This document shows, one piece after another, positions 12,227-24,900 of a DNA stretch of 64,000 nt (position 1 is its first letter; every line of letters begins with the position of its first letter). The notes beneath the pieces are model-generated. The model saw only the letters and a program-made list of their open reading frames with translations, was not told where the DNA came from and did no database searches. The position numbers were made by a program, and so were the translations under genes. This DNA comes from Chrysomallon squamiferum (Eukaryota; Animalia; Mollusca): the NCBI GenBank assembly GCA_012295275.1, contig CM022668.1, positions 1,116,001 to 1,180,000 of the forward strand, read 5' to 3'.

Positions 12227-13557
12227 ATGTTGACAACACGAATTAACTCTGAAGAATGTTTCATGTTATGCGACAGACCAAAACGATCACGATGTGACAG
12301 TAGCAGACATAATGATTTCAGTGGAAATGGACCGAGATGTTTAGAACTTCAAGATGTCATACGTGTTACGAAACAGTACGAAGACTCAGACGGTGGCATG
12401 AACTGTAGTTTATGTGGTTTGTTGTTATTATAGTCTGTTACCACTGTACTCACCCATTTACAAATTTTACATACTGTTTCTTTTATACATTTCACTCTTC
12501 TTTTGAAGTAATCTAAACAAATTATTATTATAATTTATTGACATAAACATCATACATCCTCATGATACTGTCGGTGTCATGTACTTGTTGTCATGGTAAC
12601 TCATGCTCACAACGAAACTATTTAATTCTGATCCTGTTGTTAATAAGTGTCGAGTAGATTAAGAATAATAAACATTGTTTACAATGTTACCAGTGTAGTT
12701 TGTAGATAAATGAAATACAGTTAATGTTGATAACCACAGGTTCTCTGCAAATTCTATTTTCTTTAGTATTTTTTTTTTTTTTTTTACCAGCATCTCTTTT
12801 ATCGTTTATGAAAGAATTTATAAATGGGTGATCAACAACTGAATATAGTTAATAAGTGAATAATACATGTTTATTATGATCTCTACTATATCCAATCTTA
12901 CCTTTCCTAGGTGAGTTGACTTTTCTTTGTCATTTGTGGGTCCAGTTTATTTATTTGACTTCATCTGTACAATACGAACCACCTGCTCAGAGAATAAAAT
13001 CACACACAGAGAAACTATTTGTTACTCTGTATTCTAAATGTAATATAATTAATACAGGTATGGTTGTCTTGTTTAAATGATTTAGTGCTGAATGCACATC
13101 AAAAATAAATAAACACCAGTTTAACTAATATCAAAAATAATGTTTGATGTGTACATGATCAGTTAAGAGTTCATATTTAGAAAAATTCTCTAGTTGTTTT
13201 GATTATAAATAAAATTCTATATTTTTAGGAAAACTCTACAAAAGCAAGGTCTGTTTCATCAAACACATCTGGGAACACACAGTCTACTGGGATCTGTTTG
13301 ATGGCTCAAAAAACCAGGATCGAGTTTTGTCCATCCAGGCAGCGCTTATACTTCATAGTGGCCACAATGGTGTTGCTATTGGCAACAACAAGATTTTGTC
13401 AAATTTACTTGTAACTACACCAGGACATCATGAAAAAAAATCGGTAATAAATGATAAAAAATTGACATCCAGTGCATTGAAACAGCGACACCTGTTGGAG
13501 AGAGCAGAAACCCACCCAACACGGCCATCTCCACTGAAACGCAAACGCTCTGATTAA
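12227..13557 (+). CDS. Small two-exon C2H2 zinc-finger protein, 172 aa; join(12227..12416,13229..13557)
   Basis: Phase-1 donor TGTG|gtttgt at 12416/12417 and acceptor atttttag|GA at 13228/13229 join two ORF-track fragments in frame. The join creates CSLCGKLYKSKVCFIKHIWEH (C-x2-C-x12-H-x3-H), followed by TVYWDLFDGSKNQDRVLSIQAALIL and a C-terminal SPLKRKRSD basic motif. Confidence 0.85.
12791..12910 (+). other. Candidate 120-nt cassette (poison) exon inside the zinc-finger gene intron
   Basis: Long poly-T tract + accag acceptor (AG 12789-12790) and near-consensus donor AG|gtgagt (12911). In the phase-1 frame it reads ASLLSFMKEFING then TGA. Confidence 0.4.
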
Positions 13558-16500
13558 CATCTGTTCTGTTATCTTTTGACTTTAACAAGTGGGTTTTCTT
13601 TTATTTAAAACTTAACATATTTTTAGTGCTAATCCAAATATTATTAACTTACTGAATTACATGTTTATTTCTTTCTTTCTCTCTCTTCTGCTTTGCAAAA
13701 TGCTTTCTGTTCAGACTGTTAAAAAATAATGGTCATAATAATATTTGCTTTTCATTTTGGAATAAATAAACAAATAAAATACCACATAATCTTTATATGT
13801 TGATAAAAAGATTTGAACAAATTATTACTGAACTATCATAATTGTGTTAAAAATTAAACATTCTATAGTTGCTTTAATATAGATATTTGTGTTCAAAATG
13901 TTTTTAAGCAAATTATTTTTGCATGTTAATTATAAACTAAATAAATATTTAAACATTTATGTTTTCAATAACAAAAATAATCTTTGGTTAATTTTACAAT
14001 TAGTCTTGTGAATCAGTATAAATATTTTTATATTTGTTAATATTGTTATCAGTTGGTGCATGTAGATATTACATTCTGTGACAATGTGTTATGCAGCAGA
14101 TAATGAAAAATGATTTGGTGTTATTTTGCAACTGTTCTTAGAAAAACAACAGTTTCTAACTTTGCTTCATGCAGTTCTGTTTCTATGGCAACAACTAGAG
14201 AGTCTATTTAGGGCAGAAAACTTGTTACAGTTTGAGTCAGATTCTGTATCTGATAAATTTTGTCACTTTAGCATGTTCTGGAATATCCAAGTTTCCATAA
14301 TACATTGCCAATAGCCTCAGAATTAAGTTGAACTAGAAACAAATCTAGAAACATAATTAAGAAACATTAAGAATGTAAGAGTTGTATCTAATTTTAATAT
14401 TTTGTACAAATTTTGATTATTTCAGTTAATTTTAGTTCCTTCTGTTTTATTCAAGATTTATTAAGTTAGGTCTTAAAAATTTGAAATGTGATAAGAAAAA
14501 TTCATATATATGGAATTTTAATTTTTGTTCAGCATCAGGAAATTGTTTTCTTACACTGATTCCTTAAACTCTTCATGCTTGTATATTTTGTATATATTTG
14601 CCAGTAGTTACTATTTGTATGAGATATGATGAAAACAAATAATAATGTACTGGTTTGTATAATGTTTGTTGCTTTAAAAATGATTCATTAAAGGTTTATT
14701 TTGAATCTGTGTTGTATGTTAATTTACTAGTTGATAATATTGTTTATCAATATTGTTAATTTTCCATATAACACTACCCATCAAGTTATCTATGTAGTGA
14801 AATGTCTTTATATTGCTGATGTTGGGGCTTGACTGATTTTGGAACTATCATCAGCTGGGTGGGGAACAAGTTTCACAAATTACGCTGTGTACAAAATGTC
14901 AGAACTGACATAAAATAACAATGCCTGGCACATAACAAAACACACACTGAGATGTAGACTCCTTTGTTGTGACTGTAGACTCAGAGATGGTAAATGTTAA
15001 TTAGTGAATTTATAAACACTGATATTTAGTTATGTAACACTGTGTCATTCTGTTAAATGTACTCCATGAAGGAAGAAGTACAATTATTAAAATTATAAAC
15101 TGTTCACAATAGTCTCAAGTGATGGAAATAAAATTTGTATATTTCTATTTCTATGTGTGTTTATAAATACATTTTATATATATATATATAAAACTCGAAC
15201 ATGAATATACATGTGCATGTTGATATTGTTACTAGCAACCAGGAAAACAAATTAAATGGTAACAATTTTATTGAACAAAGACTATTAAAAATAAAAAAAT
15301 ATTAAAATATAAAGCAGTAACTTGTCATTTGAGTAAAATCTACAAACATGAATATAATTACTATTTGTTATGAATAAAAATAAAAATTACAGTTCATAAT
15401 TATTTTGATTTTATCTGCAGACAACTATTGTCACTGACAATGTAAATACTATTTACAAACATCACCATATTGAAAAGATTTAAACTTAGAAAAAGTAAAT
15501 CATCAAACTTTAGTTTAACACAAAATTTGAAAACATTAGTACAATACAGAGAAAAAAATAACTTTTTGAAAATAGATGAATCTAAAATCATTGAATTAGT
15601 AACAAAATACATGGTTGATCACAGATAGCTTTTCTACAAAATGTAAGAAATATAACGGTCATCAGAAAAAGCTGCTCCCAGAAAATGTTTCATTATTAAT
15701 ACGAATAAACAAGTTTTCAGCAAGACAAGCTATTCACTTGCTTGGATTCAAGTAGAAAATAAACGCAGAATGAACATTAAAATATAAAAATATCAATCCA
15801 CAACATCATTCTATTTAAACAACAGCTTAAAAATATGAGTAAAATCACAGTAAGTTTCATTTAAAAATAAAATTTATCACAGAATAAAATGTAATAAAAA
15901 TATTAAAGCATAGCTTCAAATGGACGGAAATACTAAATGTGATGAATTTTAATGTCTTTTTAATTTCATTTATTTATTTTTTGTTGTTATTATTATTATT
16001 TAAGGAAAAAACAAAATTAAAATATAATTCATTTTAAGCCTCATAAATGGCATAGAAGATGACAATGGTTAGTTTAGTCAACAAATGTCAACTTATTCAG
16101 TCACAAGAATAGAATTATCATCACACAATAACTAAATCAATCAGCTTTTTCAGCCTTGTCAAAACCTCTTACAAATCAAAACTATAAATTATTAATAAAA
16201 AATATATAAATAAAAACAATTTTTGAAACATTAATCCAGTACTTGGAATTCATCCTAATTTATCATTCTTTTTATTTATTTTCCATCTTGGCTTAATCTT
16301 GCAAGAATACATTGTTTTTTTTTCTTCTTTTGTTGGCAGTAAATAACAGATTTTAAGAACGACAGTAATTCTCTGTAATTCAGTTACTCTTTGGATTAAT
16401 TTTAACAAGGCACTTTGGTGTTAATGTTTAGCTAGTAAATCTTTACTGGAGTTCATTTATTTAAAACTATGAATACAAAAACTTTTAGCTATTATATACA

Positions 16501-16790
16501 CGGCACTTTTTATGACAAGTGTTTTCATATTAAAACTTGTTATTTATCAGACGTTTTCAGAGTCCAATCTCACTAAAAAAACAAAGCAATATGTCTTTAA
16601 TATAAACTGTTAATCCCTTTTCTTGTTTTTTATGCTTCTGATCTGTATAAATGTTACAAAAAATAAATTCAGTTTAATATTAGGAGCAAGATCCATTGAA
16701 ACAGAATTAAGGAGAATGTAAAACAATTTGTATATAAGGTGCTTTTTGTTTATAAAACTTCCAGTTTGTAATATAAAAGAATAATTCTGT

Positions 16791-18942
16791 TTATTTTGAT
16801 TTCTTCAAAGCTTTATCCTTCTGTGCAACTTCTGACTCCAAATACGAAGCTTGTTTAACCAGACTTTCTTTTTTCAACAAAACTGCTGTCAACTGCTCAC
16901 GTGTGACCTTTGACCTCTCCATGTCATTAATTTCATCAAGTTTCTTCAAGCCTTCCCTTAGATCAGCTTCAGTCCTTAGAATCTACAAGTCAAATTATAT
17001 TAACAAAAACTTTAATTTTTTTTCACCTTACCTTCCAGTAATTTCTTCATCAACATGCTCTTTTTCAAAGTAAATAAAATCATTTGTTGCAGCATTACAG
17101 ATATTTACAGATTATGTATAAAACATTCATGTTACTTCTATCAGCATCTGTTTGTATGTACCTACATTTTTAACACTGTCTACATCCAGATACATAAGTG
17201 AAGGTGAAAACATGGTAATGCTGATGAGGATAACTACACTTACCTGTGCCAGCTGAGTGTTGACAGCGTCACTCTTTGTCTGCAAGTCTACGAGCTGAGA
17301 GTCGAGGATGTCTCTGGGTGACACAATGAAGGGAAGCATTCGTTTTCTTGATGGGCTGAACGAATAATAACAGGTGTCTTCCTTATTCCTTTATCATCCA
17401 AGTATTGTGATTTGTTTGTTTGTGTGTGATTGAATATGTGCATGTACTCATGTGAACTCACGTGTTTTGTGTGTGTGTGTGTTTAAAACAAGAAGGGAAT
17501 ATTCAGTTTAAAATTTTAATAATAAATGAGATATAAAAACAAAAAATAAATGCACAGTAAGTTCATGATTAAATAATCTATTTTCAAATAATAAAAACAC
17601 TTCTGACAGTTTTAACAGAAATCAACAAACCTTCTTGGTGTTGAGGTAGGTGTTGGTGAACCCCGCAGTTCAGCCATGCGATTGCTGATAATGTCCCCTG
17701 ATGTTTGATAACCTCCTCTGGATGCCAGATACTCTCTGAGTCTTGCATTACTAGCCACAGTTTGGTAACCATAAACTCTTTGAGACATTACCTGAAGATC
17801 ATGGAAAATGTTGTTTTTTAAATCACCAAAAACATTGTTAAATTGTATATGTGTCTGTGTCTTTTTTGTCTCATACACACATATATCCACACCCATACCC
17901 ACACATATACATCTCAGTTTTTACAACTGTATTTTAACTGCTTAAAATTTTAAAACCTTTAAGGAGAAAAATAGTAAATAATAATAAAACTAAATCAGAC
18001 TATCATAGTGGTATTATTATCTAATCACACTTTATAAATGTATTCACTAACCTGGTTTGAGAAATCTACTCTGGTTGGACTATCCACCTTCATATCAACA
18101 AGTTCATCAATCATGTTCACTTTCTCGTCCATACTGCGGGTACTGCCCAAAGCCTGTTCAAGAGCTGGTCTCGTATTGGCTGATCCAAGCAGAGACTGAG
18201 CATTTGGGCTGTTCTGTGACCTTGAGAAAAACATGTCCTGACACACAACCTTCAGAGCCTATAAAACAACAAAACTTTCAGTCATTAAAATAAAGTAAAT
18301 TCATATTTAGGAAGCAAAAAATGTGGTCACTGGGTGCATACTGTTATAGGCAACAGTCCACAGTGCATGAAAAGACATCATTTTTGTTTTCCTATCTACA
18401 ATAAGTTGCTGACTGGTAAGATGTAGATATACAAGACAATTATTTGTAATTTTAATTTCGTGTCAGTGTAACAGTGTGACATTTTTCTATTAAACCCACA
18501 AAAAATGAAAAACTGACTGTATAAAACAGACACAAAGAAGCTGACAGTACCTTATAAAACTCCCTCATAAACAAAACATCAGAATCATCGGTGAGATTTC
18601 CAGTCTTGATATGAGCTAGAGAGTGCAGGATAACTACAACAAACTCTCCAATAGATTCCATCCTTTCTTTCCTGATGAACAGAATCTTTCTCTTGTTTTC
18701 AAAAAACACTGAGTTTCTGAAAGCGTTTTTCTCATAGTTGTTTGGAGGAAGGTTTGATGCTAACAGCAGTGTCACATCTGGTGTTGCGATGGTGTTGTGG
18801 AGGAGTCGGGTGATGAACACGCCAAACCTGTAGATAACAAACTGGCTTGGACTGATGCTGTTGATGTCAACCAGTGACAGCTCACCGCGACATGTCCACT
18901 GGGCATCTTTCACATCCATGTAGGGTTTAGAATGATCAGCCC
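16791..18942 (-). CDS. Giant gene exons 78-82: C-terminal globular HxxxH domain and terminal coiled coil
   Basis: Exons 18551-18942, 18052-18258, 17631-17791, 17244-17355, 16791-16982. The last exon reads ILRTEADLREGLKKLDE...KDKALKKSK*. Confidence 0.87.
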
Positions 18943-21900
18943 CTGGATAAATTACACAGAATAAATGTTATTTTAGAAAATACTGTAATCCAGATAAAAT
19001 TAAAACATTGCTGTGATATGTCTGTATGATCTTTCTTTCTACCTTTGTGTTCTGTTTGCCTTCTTCAGATCTGTACTTAGTTACACACTATCTGACCATT
19101 CTTTACTATTGGTCAAAGTTTAGTTAAAAAAAAAAGAAATACACCTAATATGAACTAGCTTTGCTTGTTTTAACTCTTACCTAAAATTTTGCCATCAGTT
19201 TTACCAGAAGTAAACTCAGTTTTTTCCAACATCTGCTCTAAATCACTGATCTGTTTAAACAGAGGTGACGCCATCAGCAGGTTCACCCAGTCCTGCTCCA
19301 TGTTTCCTGTGATGGTGCTGGGGGCAGCTTCTGATGCTGCTGGCTGTGACGCTGACTGTGGAGATGTGAATGGTGTCTGTACCAGTGACTCTTCTTGTTG
19401 TCTTCTCCTCAGTTCACCTATTTCTATTTCATCTGCTTCCAACAACTCATCTTTCTCAAGTTTTGCTACTTCTGCTTCTTTTCGACGTTTCCGTCTGGCT
19501 TCTAGTTTAGACTGCAGGTTGGACTTTGATTGATTCTGTTCATCTATAGCTTTAGCTTCAAGTTTCTCCATATTCTTTTTATGTTCCTTTAACAGTCTTG
19601 CTTTTTCATCTTCACTCACATTAGCTTCAGCAATCTGCTCACGCTGCTTTCTGTCTCGTTCTTCCTGCTGCTGTTTACGCAGGCGTTCACGTTCCGCCTC
19701 TCTCTCAAGTTGTCGTTGTACTTCACGCTGATGTTCTTCTTCCAGATCTTTCTCCAGTTGTCTAACAAACAAAAATATATTTTATAATTCAAATACAATT
19801 TCCTTATCCATACACTTCTTACTCTATACATTTAAAGCTTTTGAAATATGTAATATAAATTACGAAAAAATCAACAACAGGTATGTTCATTAATAAAGAA
19901 TATTAAACATTTAGCTTTTAGATGTCAGTGATGATGACAGATGAAATCTGTTGCTGCCAGTTTAGAGACTTTGTTTATATGTAAATGAAAACATGGAAAC
20001 ATGAATCAAAGCAGCAGAGGAAACTGACTAGAATGGGAAACAGCTCAGTGACAGAAATTGTAAGAATTGATCTTGTGACCAGCAGTTTTATTCTCTGTAA
20101 CACCTTCCACTGTATCCTGCATGATAAAGGTAAAATTAATAAAATGATAAACATACTGGAGTTTACTAAGCATTTTTGACTTTCTCTCTTCCTCTCTCTG
20201 TTTCTGTTCTTGTTTCATCCTCTCTAATTCTTTGTTCATCTGCTGAACAACTCCATCTCTGTACTGCTTCGCTTTGGCAGCTGCTTGCCTTGCATCTTCC
20301 TCATACTTTCTGGTCAGAGCATCGGCAGGTGAGAATTTCTTAAAAGCATTAGCCAAGTCTGTGAGTTGTTTTTCTTTGAGTTCTAGTCGAGCATGTGTCT
20401 GCTTTACTTCTAGCTGAGGAGAGATGTCTTTCTCTGCCTGCTGTATCATCTGTGATGTGTGCTTGTCAAACTCTCTCAGCTGGTTCTGAATAAAACAATT
20501 TCAAACATGAAAACTAACATGAGCCAGTTTTGAAAAATGTTTGGTTAGACTGTTTATCTAGCAAAAAGATATATTCATTTTACATGTACTGACTTTACTG
20601 AATACAAAAAATATAAATCTTACCAATGCTGAATTAATGCACCTAACTATATGCTTTGCATATGTTGACTTTACCATCATGAATTTATTGTAAATAATAG
20701 ATTGTTTATTTGAATTGAATTTATTGTAAATATCTATATAGATTGTATTTGAATTACATTTACTTCAATCAGACTTATCTGCTTTGAATGTATTGCACAG
20801 ACATTGTATCTCTGTTGAATATATACCCTGTAAATATATTTAATTTACTTGAACATACCTGCTGCTGTTGTTTCAGATTTTCTTTTCTCTGTGCAAGTTC
20901 AGCACTAGATAGAGACCCAGCGTCTGCTACCAAGTCCAGTAACTCTTGTTCAAATGCTGACAGAATACGTTCTCTGTCTGTCTCTCTCTTCTCCTTCAGA
21001 TCTGCTATGGCTCTGTTCACGGCAGCCTCTCTCTCCTTCATCAACTGCTCCTCCAGGTGAATAGCCTCCTTCATGTGTCGCTGGCGCAGAACAGTGTAGA
21101 TCATGTTCTCTGCCTGCTTTGCATCTTTACCCTAAGTGAACAAATTAATTAGCACGAAATAGACCAGAATTAATATTAATGAAACTACAGTTATATAAAA
21201 TTAAAAGATAAATTATATACACTACTGTTGCCACATTTTATATTTCTTTTAATCTGTATAAATAATTAAAATGACCCCTTTTTCATCATAAAAAGACAAA
21301 AATGAAAATGACTGTACTTTTCCTAACAATTACCAGAAACAAATTCAGTTCATTTATATCAGCTTTATAACTACCAAACTGTTTTTGTGAAATAAAATCA
21401 TTAAGTAATATGAAATACTTTTTAAAAAAGTGCTTTTAAATAACAAAGGAAAAAAAAAAAAAATAAATAAATAAATAAATAAGTAAAACCTATGTTAATA
21501 CTCACTTTGACGTGATCTTTCAGTGTGTTGTTTTCTATTTCATGGGATATTTTCTCATTCAGTCTGTCACGTTCTTGCTGCTGTTGCACCAGCTCCTCCT
21601 CCATTTCCAGACGATGTTGTTCACGAAGTAGTTCTGCTCTCTGTTTCTTGCGAGCTGAAATCTGAACGTACAAAACAAAACTGAAAACTGAATGTTTTTT
21701 ATTTACCTCACGTTTTGCAGGTCATACAGACATGTCTTTCATCAGAGCAGAATTAATAAAATTATGAATGTAACAAAAAGTTATTAAAAAAAAAATCTTA
21801 ACTAAATATTTAACATTAAATTAATAATATTTATTTCCTCTATTAGTATGACATTTGTTATAACTGATCTATGTGAGGTTTCTATATTTCAATGATGTAA

Positions 21901-24900
21901 AGCTGACTTGTTAAATAAGTAAACATGGTTAAGATCTGTCAGTGACTTTGTGTTCAGATTAACTTTGTTAACTCACCTTGTCATCAAGTGCCCGTTTCTG
22001 CCTAATGCGTTCCTGTTCTAAGTTCTCTACAATAGCTTCCTGTTCCTCTTTGTGTTTTGCCATTAGCCTCTGCATTTCTGCCTCTGACAGCTTCTCTCCA
22101 TGTATTAAAACGTCTCTCTCAAACTTGGCTTCATGTGCATCAACAGCCTGCAATCAACATTACTCTTTTATAATATAAAACTATAGTAATATAATTAGGA
22201 AGAAAAAACAGTTTATTTGACAATGAACACATCACATTTTCAGTCTATTCTAATAAATTGTATTACACAGGGATGATGAGAAAAGAAGCTTGATGCCATC
22301 TCATAATAAGATATTGTTTTTTCACTTTTGCTAGTCTTTTTTTGTACAACCAATCCCACTTTTAAACGCACTTTTCAGTGTATATATGTATATATATATA
22401 TATATAAATATATATATAAAAGGATATATTATGGCTTCTGATAAATTAGTATGTGTGTCTGTATGTGTATGGTGAATCATGAAAATCAAGTACATTTTTA
22501 AGAAATAACCTGACATAAGTAAATAGAAATCTCTAAATCTCTATGGCTAAAGCTGAAGGACTCACAAGTGACTTCTGGCTGTCGATCTGCTGGTTCAGCT
22601 CTCGCAGCTGTCTGCCGCGTTCCTCCTCCAGCTGCCGCAGCCGACGCCTCGCCTCGTCACGCTGCTCCACCTCCAGCGCTTCCTGTTTGGCCAGCTGTTC
22701 ACTGATCAGTTTTGTCTGTTCATCTGTCAGTTCATCACTGTTCACTTTATCACTTATTTCAGATATCACTTTAGCAGACTCAGCATCTCCTTTAGAAGCC
22801 TGAAATAACAATTTGAAAATATAAACTTTCTTAGTCAATATTTCAACATAGTTAACTGACATCACATTTATACTGAATATTATGAGACATTGCAATGGCA
22901 GTTCTAAATAACTGCACTAGAGAGATATGCCATACTGGAAGTATAATATTCTGGTCTAAGTGCTTGTTTCATTCTGTTACAATTAATTAAAGCCTACAAC
23001 TTTAACCTTTCTCTTTGTTTTGCAAATGTGTACAGTAACATGAATAAAATATAGATTAAACAAAAACAAATCAAGTTAATATCAATTTATAAATGATTTA
23101 TAAATCACGTACAACATACATAAATTATTAATATTACTATCTGTGTGTTAACACAGAGACAAAATAAAAACTGAAGACAAAGTCTGATTTATATTTTCTC
23201 AAGTGTTCTTTGTGAATTATTTCATGACTTAATTATTTTTAATAAATAAAAAGACAAATGAAAAAAGAAAGAATGAGAATGAAAGGGGAAATTGTTCCAG
23301 GAATTAGTTAAATGGGATAATCATAAAAAATTCTGAGGAAATGGAAAAAAGATAAACAAAACATTTTCTATCTTGTCTTCTTTGTTCTATATCTTTCCCT
23401 CTGTGCATATATGTGCATGCATGTGTGGTTAATACCAACAAAACAAAACAACAGATTTAGTGGAAGAAAACTTCAGTATGAAACAACAGTAATTTTTATA
23501 TTCAGTTATTAAATGGTGATGTTAATTAAAACACTGCAGACCACAGACAACTGAATCCTCAGTTCAAGTTTCAGTTACTGGCAGAGTCGCGTCTTTGACA
23601 GACCCTCACTTTTCCACACACACTGCTTTAAACAGATACCTAACACAGCAAGTTTGAATGTAGACACACCCAATGTGAAATGCATTAAACATTCACTTGT
23701 GACATTGATAACATTAAAATATTAGCTGTGTCTGTAACATTTGATGTTAAAAAGTTAGTTTAATACAACATCAAAGTAAATTAATAAACATAAAATTCAT
23801 GTTAATTCAAAAATCAATTCCAGTTTATTTCAAACACCTACTTTGCCATCACCCTGAAATTGAAAATCAATATTAAGTTTTATATTAAAAATATGCAGAA
23901 ATGCAATACATTCTAATTTTGCTTAACAATATTTTCACGAAATATTAATATTTTAATGTGTGTGTATTCATGAGACTTACAATACAATTGCATCTGTCAT
24001 CTTTAAGAAATACTAATACAAACTTGATATATTAATTGAAGTAATGATATGTATATCATGGACCTAAAAATGTAAAATTATGCTAAAGAGAAGAAGTTTA
24101 TTATACTTATAAATAATCAGACTAAATAATTGTTAATGTTGATTTATAAATAACATAAGAAAGAAGAAACCTACATAATTCTTTGTGATTCTGTTGAGCT
24201 CATCTGCCACTGCCTTGTCTTTAGTTAGCTGTTCCTTCATACGTTTGCGAGCAGTCAGCTTAGCTTTCAGTTTGTCTCTTTGAGCCTCTCTCTGGTCTTC
24301 TCGCTGGCCATGAACTTTTTCCACTTCCTCTTTGAACTGTGACAGAATTCTATCACGCTCCACTGACTCAGCATCTTTGAGCATCTGTCTCACAAGTTCT
24401 TCTTGTTTTTGTTGAATAAGTTCCTTTTGAAGAATACAAAAAGTTTAATACTGGTTTTATATGATTTTTTGGAAAAAAGGATAAGAACAAAAATAGTGAT
24501 TTTTTTCTTTTCAATCATTATTTTATTTATCATGCATCCTGATATCGTACTACATTAATATTTGTCATTCCCTTTAACATGCTGACCTCTGGACCATCAG
24601 ACTAAACAGCATGACACTAACAAACAAAACACACACAGGCAGGGTGCCTTGTTTGGTGCTGACAGATGTTTCCTACTTTCTAATGATATTCATTTCATTT
24701 TGAAAATTATTTCTACATTCAAAAAACATTTTGAAAATCATACTCCATTTATAAAACTTAATCATCTCTGTTTCCTTTATAAAATTTGTAAATATAATGA
24801 CACAAAACAAGGATGATAAGCTACTTACCTTCTGATGACGTTTCCAGGCATGGAATAATGCCTGGTCTTCTTTTGTTCTGTCAGCTTCATTCTGTGTCTC

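Noticed and set aside
12227-12433. Initial idea that the 68-aa ORF is SIVA1-like (PKRS-C start) or a standalone peptide
   Set aside because: No further SIVA similarity; splicing to 13229 gives a coherent C2H2 protein instead.
23530-23640. GC-richer intronic stretch as a possible extra exon of the giant gene
   Set aside because: Stops in all three minus-strand frames examined and no phase-compatible splice pair.
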